Shown here: positions 56,061-64,000 of the stretch, one piece after another
How the letters are laid out: the number at the start of each line of letters is the position of its first letter
How positions within the stretch are numbered: position 1 is the stretch's first letter
Assembly (NCBI GenBank): GCA_027923505.1
Contig: BROI01000012.1
Span: 248,001 to 312,000, forward strand
DNA from: Mayamaea pseudoterrestris
Taxonomy: Eukaryota
Length of the DNA: 64,000 bases
Direction: 5' to 3'
Notes under the pieces: model-generated
Database searches by the model: none
What the model saw: only the letters and a program-made list of their open reading frames with translations
What the model was told of the DNA's origin: nothing
Translations under genes and position numbers: made by a program

Positions 56061-57896
56061 CTAATCTTCATATTCCGGCATTTCAAGCTCAAAGTCATTT
56101 CCCTCAGTGCTTGGGTCAAAATCGTGAACGCATACAAATTGCTTCATCCCATTGGTGATTAACAAGTCACCCTCGAGGCACAAGTTTCTGATATTTTCTG
56201 TAAAGCCGCTCATGCGAAACAATTCCTTGCCTGTAGCTGGACTCCATGCCCGTATCGTCCCGTCCAATGCCGCCGACAAAAACTTGGTCGCATCGACGCC
56301 ACGCAGAGCCGTAACATGATCATAATAACCGCGAAACAAGTGGGCCTTTTTTGGCAGCCGTTGCGTCGAAAGCTTAGGCCATTGCTCCAGTTTCACGCTT
56401 CCATCCTCCAGTGTCCGCCGCATAACCTCCCACTGTTTGATGTGTCCGTCCTGCGACCCAGTCAGCAGAATCATGGTCGACGGCTGATCTGACCCTCGTC
56501 CCAGCGAGCCAGCTCCGGCGCACGCAATGGCTGTCACGGCCAGCTCGTCCTTATTGTCAAGCCATTGTCCGCATGGTTGAACCTGAGCATTGTTGCTTGT
56601 GTACGCCTTGATCAAGTCATCGACTGCATAGACGCGAATCGAGCCCTCACTGTAACCGAGAAATATATGCTTGCCGTCTGATGCAGCAGATGAGACGCTT
56701 TTATAAACATCGCTTTCCGCCAAGTCATTGCCGACAACGTTACATTGATACACCAAGTCGCCACTCTTGGCATTCCATAGCGCCAAGGACCCGTCCGTTG
56801 CGACAGAGAAAATGACCTTGCCCTTTTGAACTTTTTCAAGGCAAACCAAGTCGGTGGAATGCACGCCCTCGAGCATTCTTGTCGGATACACTGAAACCGT
56901 TGTTGTATCATCATCGTCACCGCCTTGACTGTTTTCGTCAATCTTCCACTGCTGAATGGCGCCGCCAGTATCCGCGCTCGACGTGAACAAGCGAGACTGG
57001 CCGACAGGCAATACGTGGAGAATGGCGCTCATGGTCGTAGTGGAGCTAATGGTGGGAGCATGCTGCCACAGAATTTCAAAGGGCGTGACATCTGATTGCA
57101 TTTGCTTGGAACTCGCGTCATCGTGGTCGTCGTCTTCGTCATCATTATCACCAGAGCTCCGTTCATTCTTGACTCGTTCCAGTTGACTAGACACTCGCAG
57201 AATCGTGCTTGATTCGTTTGCATTGTCATTGGAATCGCTACCTGCTGATGCATCACTCTCCTGGCTCGAAACTGTCAATTTACTTTGAAACGACGTCCAA
57301 TAGTCCGTTCCAAGCTGCACCAGCAGCAAGCTTCCATCTGTCCGACCAATCCATACACGAGGAGCTTCATGATCGTTGTCGTCGCTAATAGAGTCGCTGA
57401 CAATGATTGAAATATGCGTGGCGGCAGCTGGTTGGTCGTCGTCCATATTAGCGTCGCTGCCCCATGGATCCAGCGAAAAGCCCCGAACGTTCCAGTTGCC
57501 AAGCTTCCAGTTGCGCTGCACCAAAACGACCTTATTCTCCTCGGATTGGCGAAGCGAGGAAAGACGGTCTTGGAGAGTTGTTGATGATGCTGATGATGAT
57601 GATGACATTGGCGATGCTTGTTGAAGGTTGCTTCCTTGATCGGCAAAGTCGTCGTAAAAAAGTGGTTCCGACGAAAAGGATGTTTCGTCATCAAAGAGAC
57701 TTTCATCATTGTTTGCATTCAATTCCATTCTTATAATAGACATTCTTTTGCTACATTTTGGATGTGCTTCCAGATGGTTGGAGAATGATGTCACGCATTT
57801 TCCGTCGCGAAAAATCAGAGGCACGAGAGCCGACAATGGTATAATCAGATTAGTAAGTAGCAACAGACAAATCAAGATGCTCAAGCAGAAATGCAT
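56061..57896 (-). CDS. WD40-repeat protein with signal/bipartite presequence
   Basis: SVATDGSLALWN, LLTGSQDGHIKQWE and FLSAALDGTIRAWS; hydrophobic N-terminus from ATG 57896. Confidence 0.75.
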   Translation of the reverse strand: MHFCLSILICLLLLTNLIIPLSALVPLIFRDGKCVTSFSNHLEAHPKCSKRMSIIRMELNANNDESLFDDETSFSSEPLFYDDFADQGSNLQQASPMSSSSSASSTTLQDRLSSLRQSEENKVVLVQRNWKLGNWNVRGFSLDPWGSDANMDDDQPAAATHISIIVSDSISDDNDHEAPRVWIGRTDGSLLLVQLGTDYWTSFQSKLTVSSQESDASAGSDSNDNANESSTILRVSSQLERVKNERSSGDNDDEDDDHDDASSKQMQSDVTPFEILWQHAPTISSTTTMSAILHVLPVGQSRLFTSSADTGGAIQQWKIDENSQGGDDDDTTTVSVYPTRMLEGVHSTDLVCLEKVQKGKVIFSVATDGSLALWNAKSGDLVYQCNVVGNDLAESDVYKSVSSAASDGKHIFLGYSEGSIRVYAVDDLIKAYTSNNAQVQPCGQWLDNKDELAVTAIACAGAGSLGRGSDQPSTMILLTGSQDGHIKQWEVMRRTLEDGSVKLEQWPKLSTQRLPKKAHLFRGYYDHVTALRGVDATKFLSAALDGTIRAWSPATGKELFRMSGFTENIRNLCLEGDLLITNGMKQFVCVHDFDPSTEGNDFELEMPEYED

Positions 57897-58334
57897 AATG
57901 CAGCAGGGGCGCGTATGGTATATTATTGAGCGATTGAAGTCTGTCAGACGCCATGGTCGCGCGCTGCGTCGGAAGGAATTCTTCGGGAGGCGTCGTAGTG
58001 GTTCTGCTTGTTGCAAGAACACGAGCTATCGGGAGGAGGCCAAACTTTACCGAAAAGCCTTCCTTCATCGTTTGCATCACAATGCTTGCTCAAAGATTTG
58101 ACGCCTGCACAGTAGCAACGCGTCGCGGGAGCTTGAACTATTCGATAGAAGGATTATTGACCGGTAGCAAGATATAGGTTACAACAAATAAATAACTCTA
58201 CCCTTTTGACATGAACAGTGTAGTTTGAAAAAGGAGCGACCAATTCATTCGAATGTATCCATAGATTTCATCCGTAGCATGTTTAACGTTAGCAGGGATG
58301 CATGGGCGCGCGCTGGTAGGCAGCTGTAGCGGAT

Positions 58335-59111
58335 TCATGTCATGTATCCATTGCCCCTGTTTCCAGTCGATGAGCATGACTGCTCCGCATTCGCACTCTC
58401 ATTACTATTCGTATACATCATGATCATCATGTACACGTTATGTGAGCTCGCTTCAATATCATGTAGCACCTGCGCCAGCTGGCTGCGCTGCATCATGTGC
58501 TCGTGCAACACGCGACGGGTTTTGCGTGTTTGTTCCATGCTGGCCACCAAGTCGGCCCGGCGCTTGCGAAAGGAGTCCGCGTGCTCCAAGTTGTTATCAA
58601 AAACGTCTTGATCAACATGAGGGTTAGCGTGGTAGTAAAGCTCCTCCAAGTATAAGTCGTCATCGGCGTCGTCGTGAAGTATACTGTTTGCGTGCTGCTT
58701 TGGCTGTCGCTTTGGAGTAGATTCCTCTTTGCTCAAATTATGAGACTCCTTTTCTAACTCATGCATGCGATTGTCGTCTGGAACGGATACACCAAGAATA
58801 ATGTCTCCATTGCTGGTAAAGTCATCAAGTACATCGTCACTGTCACGCACACTGCTGTCGCCTTCTTGGACATGCCAATGGATTTTAACGACATTGTCAT
58901 CGTTTCGGTTTCTTGCTGTTGCTGCTTCCAAGTCGCTGTCATCATCATCTTCATTCCAGTGATCACTAGACTCCAACGAAACTTGGCGTCCTCGTGTGTA
59001 ATGATGATCTGATGTAATCATGTCAACCGGAGGAGCGAAATCGTCCCATTGCTCAAATTGCATTTCAGCGAAGAGGGAGTTTCGTCTCTGGAGATTGTAA
59101 ATGGCGGTCAT
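58335..59111 (-). CDS. Hypothetical acidic protein with C-terminal helical motif
   Basis: 258-aa ATG ORF containing LVASMEQTRKTRRVL...LAQVLHDIEASS. Confidence 0.55.
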   Translation of the reverse strand: MTAIYNLQRRNSLFAEMQFEQWDDFAPPVDMITSDHHYTRGRQVSLESSDHWNEDDDDSDLEAATARNRNDDNVVKIHWHVQEGDSSVRDSDDVLDDFTSNGDIILGVSVPDDNRMHELEKESHNLSKEESTPKRQPKQHANSILHDDADDDLYLEELYYHANPHVDQDVFDNNLEHADSFRKRRADLVASMEQTRKTRRVLHEHMMQRSQLAQVLHDIEASSHNVYMMIMMYTNSNESANAEQSCSSTGNRGNGYMT

Positions 59112-60036
59112 GATTGTAAATTGTTTGCTTCAGTAAACGTTTCTTGAATGGGATGCAAACTTGGCTTTGCTGTAGTCTAGCTGCCTTGCTTGACACAGGA
59201 AAAACGGAAAAATGTGATTATCGGAATTTATGACTTGGCCCTCCCTTTCTTTTGCTTCTGTGAACGCTCGACTGCTTGATAAACTTGTCCAGCCTAGCAA
59301 AGTCGTCTACACCGGTCGAGGTGTCTGAACCCGAAGCGAGAGGTGTCGAGAGGACGTGACCTTGTGGGAGCGGCGGGTTCAGACTGTGGTTCACCAGCCA
59401 AATCGCGGCCAAAATAGCCTGGTGGATTCAGTGCGGCTTGCAGATTCCAGGTCGACGAAAAAGGATCACCAAATTTGATGAAATATCGAACTTTAATATA
59501 ACCTCGAAATCGTTGCGTAGAGATCGTGTAGAATCGGCAAGAATACAAATGGTGAGAGGCATTCTCAAATGACTTGTCTACACAATTGCGTGATATTTTA
59601 TTTGCCCAGAAATGATTTTAGAATAGTCATGCACGATTCCTGTCAATCGTGCATTGCATATGAACCCTTGGAACCGCACTCTACATACACGTCTACTCCT
59701 AGCATAGATAATGTACAGGTAACAATTCGGCGCCAGCAACATGACCTGCCTGCAGAGCGTCTAACCTATCTCAGTAAGTGCAGAGAGATCCTAATTTGGC
59801 CACGACTTTGCTCGGCCGAGCATGCAAGCCGAGAGGTGACAATAGTATTGCAAATTACGCAATCGTAAACAGTAATCTACCTATGATGCCATATCAAAGT
59901 ATTTGGTTACCATAAACAATAAAGAGCTGCAGTGTTGCTTTACCGTACATGGATAGTTGCATGGCCGACATGCATGCCTGGTCCTCGCGGTCCCATGTGC
60001 ACACCTTGGTCCAAATTTTATTACAGAGTCAGCTCA

Positions 60037-60969
60037 CTAAGAAACACTTTTACGATACAAAATATCGTAATGCCCCGGTCGATACAGGAGATGAATGGTA
60101 TACAGTGACGATGATGCTTTGTCGCTTGGTCCAAACGCGTGGCGCGTCACTTTGTCGGAGTGTCCATCCAAGTATTCCACCACAACGCGGCAATGCATGG
60201 CCTCGGCCAGTGCCATGATTTGCAAATGCTCGCACTCGCGACCCATTGGTTCCACCTGCGTGGCGCAAAACTGGTGCATGACTTGGTTTGCGTAGGACTT
60301 AGAATTGTTGTCGCTTGATGCGTTCATCATAGTACTCGTCGACTCACTTGCTTCACCATTCAATACAAACGGCAGAAAGCGTTCCGCGTTTAGTTTCAAA
60401 TGCGCCGCCGTGACCAGTCGCAGAAACCACGTGCAATAGTCGGAGGAGGCATTCTCCTGCGCCAACGTGTCATGCAAGGCTACTGGCGTGGAAAGACTTT
60501 GTATCAAGTCGCACATGGTATCGTAAAAAATTTCCAGCGTCAATTCCGTGTAGCCGTCGAGTGACAGAATCTTGTGCCAGTTCGTTTCAAGGGGATGCTT
60601 GATAAAGTCGCGGCGGCAGTTGGATGCTGCTGCTGCTGCTTCGTTACTATCATCATTCGTTGGAAGCAACTGCTCCGCCAGACTGTATAGAAAGGCGCGA
60701 TAGAAGCAGTTTCCGTCGCCGCGCACAGTACGAACTTGGTCGTACGTTTCATTCAAACTTTCCAGTCCGTTCACAAAGCCTTTCACACTTTCGTCCACGT
60801 AGTTGTTTTGCAGTGAAAGGAGCGGCAATCGTTGGGATGTGAGTGGCTGCTCCGTTTTGACCTGCGCCTCCAAGGCGGCGAGACGAACCGTCTGCTGGCG
60901 ATGCAGCTCCGCGTGATTCATAATAGGAGTAGATGGTGATGATGAAGCGTTCGTGTTATCGTCCGTCAT
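60037..60969 (-). CDS. OTUB1: Otubain-type deubiquitinase (peptidase C65)
   Basis: VRGDGNCFYRAF, FCATQVEPMGRECEHLQIMALA and LLYRPGHYDILY. Confidence 0.92.
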   Translation of the reverse strand: MTDDNTNASSSPSTPIMNHAELHRQQTVRLAALEAQVKTEQPLTSQRLPLLSLQNNYVDESVKGFVNGLESLNETYDQVRTVRGDGNCFYRAFLYSLAEQLLPTNDDSNEAAAAASNCRRDFIKHPLETNWHKILSLDGYTELTLEIFYDTMCDLIQSLSTPVALHDTLAQENASSDYCTWFLRLVTAAHLKLNAERFLPFVLNGEASESTSTMMNASSDNNSKSYANQVMHQFCATQVEPMGRECEHLQIMALAEAMHCRVVVEYLDGHSDKVTRHAFGPSDKASSSLYTIHLLYRPGHYDILYRKSVS

Positions 60970-61007
60970 AATTCGATTTCTTGCACACCGTGAATAGGAT
61001 CTTTCGA

Positions 61008-61191
61008 GAACAAGAAATCCAACCTAGATGCCTCCGTTTACTACACAAAGACGCGATTGCAGAAAACTTGGGTTAGCTAGGTGTAGCAACCCAAGCCGCC
61101 GCCACTGAGCTAGCAGAGCTAGAGCAGAGGCTGGATCCGCGCCGAGGGCGGGATCCCTTGCCAGCTGCTGCAGTTGCTGCTGCTGAACTCA
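61008..61191 (-). repeat. Terminal direct repeat B2
   Basis: Identical by eye to 61436-61619 (offset 428). Confidence 0.92.
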
Positions 61192-61435
61192 GGGATGGGC
61201 TAGGGTGGGTGCTTTAATCTATCTTTCTTACAGTCCTTGAACGGGAGTTTCAAGGCAAACAGACCAAAAAGAATGAGGACGAGTTGCTTGCTTCCTTTTG
61301 GTGGGAAGGCGGGCTTCTCAGTCCCTGGAGAGGACCCATGACCTCTGGTCTTGAAACGGAACGCCAATGAGTCATTTATGACGTCCTTGAGCCAATCAAA
61401 TCGTCGCTTTTCTCCGACACTCCAGAATCCCGAAT

Positions 61436-61619
61436 GAACAAGAAATCCAACCTAGATGCCTCCGTTTACTACACAAAGACGCGATTGCAGAAAACTTGGG
61501 TTAGCTAGGTGTAGCAACCCAAGCCGCCGCCACTGAGCTAGCAGAGCTAGAGCAGAGGCTGGATCCGCGCCGAGGGCGGGATCCCTTGCCAGCTGCTGCA
61601 GTTGCTGCTGCTGAACTCA
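61436..61619 (-). repeat. Internal direct repeat B1
   Basis: Identical by eye to 61008-61191; on the minus strand it begins at the YR stop codon. Confidence 0.92.
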
Positions 61620-62840
61620 TGATGGGAATGCAAGGGAACCGCGCGAGGAGCGAACGCCCCAAGCTCTGCTGATGCCGAAGGAGGAAGAAAGGCTGGGAGC
61701 CAAAACTGGAATGGTGTTGGTGACTTGCGGGGGAGGATTGTTGGTGTGATGTTGATTGATGGTGTTTTCGGAGGGTTGAAAGCGAGTAGCGCTAATGGTA
61801 TTGAAGCTGGCGACAGTGAGCATTTTCTTGGAGACGCCGGCGGAGAATAGATCAACTTGTTTGCGTATGTATTCCATAAAGGCCTCGCTGCGCCAGCGCC
61901 CTTGTAGCTGAATGGTTGTAATAGGGACGCCCGACATGTACATTGCCATGGCGGCAGAGGCACGGATGGAATGGAGACCGATCTGATCCACTGATAAACC
62001 AATAGACTCGGGATTGTTGGAGCTGATAAAATTGCGTAGAAACCCGAGAGCCATCTTGGTATGGAGAGCAGCAAGCGTGCCGTCGTTGGCCTCGTAATAG
62101 TAAAAGTAGTCGTCATCCTCGCTCATGAGTCCCTTGTCAATGAGGCGGCGAGCCGAGCGGACAAGCTCTGCAGCTGCAACCACTGGGCAGAAGCGAGGAT
62201 CACCAGAGCTATGAGTCGTAACACTATCATCCTTTACTTGATTCTTTTGCGCTCGAAAGACGAGAGACACAGAATTGGAAAGATGGAGCGAAGGTGAAGA
62301 GTGTGACACGAGCGCGCCGTCTTTCCAGAACCGCGTATCACAGATGCGAATAGGAAGAGTCCTTCGTTCAACTTTGTCTCCTTGATGGATCTGGAGGTAT
62401 TCACAAGAGCGTAAACCAAAGAAAGTGGCCAAGGTAATGAGCAGTTGAAAGTGCTGGTAGCTGCGAAGGTTGGAGTGCTCGGCTGCTAGCTTCATGAGGA
62501 GAGCCAGAGGGATCGCCTGCTGGTGAGCCGTGGTAGGATCCTCGTTGCGGTAGCCGCGAAACAAACGTGCTAGCACTGGGAGAGTCTCTCCGCGGGCATC
62601 GTGGCGGGGATCAGGGTAGCCGGCGGTCGTAAAGGCCTTAGCCACACCTCCGACGGTGGAAGAGACAGATCCGGCAACCAGTGTAGATCCTTTGCGTGCC
62701 TTGGAGTACTCGCCGATGCGGACGGATTGGACGAAGGCGACGAAGAGGAGAGCGCGGTTGCCTCTGGAGCAGTCGACCATGAAGGGATCGCCTCCGAAAC
62801 CAGCTCGCTCAGCGAATCGTAGCCAACGAGCCCAAGCCAT
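61617..62840 (-). CDS. Tyrosine recombinase of the retroelement
   Basis: Catalytic set: FFGLRSCEY (R), QKN (K), LHSIRAS (HxxR), GRWRSEAFMEYIR (W, Y). Confidence 0.92.
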   Translation of the reverse strand: MAWARWLRFAERAGFGGDPFMVDCSRGNRALLFVAFVQSVRIGEYSKARKGSTLVAGSVSSTVGGVAKAFTTAGYPDPRHDARGETLPVLARLFRGYRNEDPTTAHQQAIPLALLMKLAAEHSNLRSYQHFQLLITLATFFGLRSCEYLQIHQGDKVERRTLPIRICDTRFWKDGALVSHSSPSLHLSNSVSLVFRAQKNQVKDDSVTTHSSGDPRFCPVVAAAELVRSARRLIDKGLMSEDDDYFYYYEANDGTLAALHTKMALGFLRNFISSNNPESIGLSVDQIGLHSIRASAAMAMYMSGVPITTIQLQGRWRSEAFMEYIRKQVDLFSAGVSKKMLTVASFNTISATRFQPSENTINQHHTNNPPPQVTNTIPVLAPSLSSSFGISRAWGVRSSRGSLAFPS

Positions 62841-64000
62841 GTCTTCTCGAACATGAGTGGCTCGGGTGACGCCAATTGACTCGGATTGAGCAGCAGTAAG
62901 GAGGAGAGAGCGGACGTAATCTTGCTGGGCAGCGGACGCATCTTGAAGGACGCCGGAACCTGATAGGCCAAGGAAGAAGAGAGGATGAGATTGGTGAGAG
63001 ACTCGTCCGTACTGGAGAAGTCGCGCGAGATGAGGTCGGGGACCACGTTATCCAATCCCATTCGCCACTGCGAGTAGCAGCAAATCCCATATTGGTGACA
63101 AATCTCGGACAGCAACCGCGCTAGTAAAAGCATCTGCGGCGCCGAGGATTCATCCGAGAAGTTAGACCGTCGCAGCCAACCCGCTGCAGTCGTATTGTCG
63201 CCAATAGCAAGAACGCAATCGCCACGTTGAAGGCGTCCTTCGATGGCGGCGAGCCAGATGCCGACGAGTGGACCAACAAACTCGAGGACATTAATGTGAT
63301 GCTCCGGGGCGCCCGGTGGAACCGGGAGACGCCAGCCATTTCCTTCTGTTGTATCATGGCCACCTACTTGCTGAAGGCAAGCGTCGGTAGGAATGATTAT
63401 CGTCGGTACCCGAGGAACGAGTAGATTGATATCGACGCCTCGACGGGCGTCGTCCAGGAGCTCCAGACAGAGAGCAAGATCCCGTCGCTCAGCACGTGAT
63501 AGGCGCGTTTTTCCCCGATGCTTTCCTGATGCTGCCTCAGCGCGAGTCTTTGCCGAGTGTATACGACCAAGGCAAGTGCGCATCTTCAAGACAACAACGG
63601 CAACGTGGACGAGGCGACCAAAGAGCGTGTCGAGCGTGGCTGCCGGAACCAGAAAGCCTTGGCGATCGAGTAGCTCCTGGATATCTTCAGAGTAGATGCG
63701 ATACTTGTCGGGTGGCAGACTGATGAGAAGCTTTCGAGTATCAATCTCCCAACCGAGGACCACTTGAATCTCTGTTAGACACCCTTCTGCAATGAGCTTG
63801 GAGACTGCAATTAGAGCGTTTCGCGGTAGAGGTTCGTCGTCACGCAACGGACGACCCATCACGTCGAGCATTAATGGGATGGCATGAGCGCCTCGGAGAA
63901 GCGCGTCGTCGTTAGTATGGACAATGAGGCCAAGATGATCATCAAGGAAAACATCAAAGAAGGGTAAGCCATCCACCGGGATCAAAGCATTGACCGTCGT
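62570..64000 (-). CDS. Reverse transcriptase/RNase H of the YR retroelement (5' truncated by window)
   Basis: VFLDDH (YxDD-like), VLGWEIDT, PTDAC, HINVLEF, GDNTTA and NVVPDLISR; frame is open to the window edge. Confidence 0.88.
   Translation of the reverse strand, partial: TTVNALIPVDGLPFFDVFLDDHLGLIVHTNDDALLRGAHAIPLMLDVMGRPLRDDEPLPRNALIAVSKLIAEGCLTEIQVVLGWEIDTRKLLISLPPDKYRIYSEDIQELLDRQGFLVPAATLDTLFGRLVHVAVVVLKMRTCLGRIHSAKTRAEAASGKHRGKTRLSRAERRDLALCLELLDDARRGVDINLLVPRVPTIIIPTDACLQQVGGHDTTEGNGWRLPVPPGAPEHHINVLEFVGPLVGIWLAAIEGRLQRGDCVLAIGDNTTAAGWLRRSNFSDESSAPQMLLLARLLSEICHQYGICCYSQWRMGLDNVVPDLISRDFSSTDESLTNLILSSSLAYQVPASFKMRPLPSKITSALSSLLLLNPSQLASPEPLMFEKTWLGLVGYDSLSELVSEAIPSWSTAPEATALSSSSPSSNPSASASTPRHAKDLHWLPDLSLPPSEVWLRPLRPPATLIPATMPAERLSQC

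Larger units (their letters stand above)
61008..64000 (-). mobile_element. Tyrosine-recombinase retrotransposon (DIRS order, Ngaro/PAT-like), 3' part
   Basis: Overlapping RT/RNase H and YR ORFs followed by 184-bp direct repeats flanking a 244-bp spacer (B1-A2-B2 layout). Confidence 0.88.

Noticed and set aside
61192..61435. Possible hammerhead ribozyme in the YR element spacer
   Set aside because: No CUGANGA core seen on either strand.
61617..62840. Phage integrase or bacterial contamination
   Set aside because: It overlaps a DIRS-type RT/RH, is followed by split repeats and joins directly to a eukaryotic gene.

Overview
Gene-dense eukaryotic DNA, very likely a diatom: short GT-AG introns, bipartite plastid presequences, RXL-motif secreted proteins and a CoDi-like Copia element. 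About 30 host genes are present, including TRM10-like, PEN-2, APE1/DUF2854, DnaJ proteins, a sugar porter, choline/ethanolamine kinase, TRAPPC6, a CpcT/CRL-like lyase, DUF1995, WD40, otubain and several secreted or surface proteins. There are two retroelements. (1) A complete Ty1/copia element at 44217-49441 (minus strand) with identical 211-bp LTRs and a CTGCA target-site duplication. It has no tRNA primer-binding site; the PBS position is instead a perfect 15-nt complement of a segment inside its own LTR, which suggests Tf1-style self-priming. Its pol carries one 1-bp frameshift. (2) The 3' part of a tyrosine-recombinase retrotransposon (Ngaro/PAT-like, B-A-B split direct repeats) from 61008 to the window end. 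Both sit just upstream of, and co-oriented with, a host gene. Also notable: a membrane protein with KR-separated peptide repeats, and a pair of secreted knottin-like genes, one fused to a potato inhibitor I domain. All family calls are from motif recognition by eye; no database searches were run.
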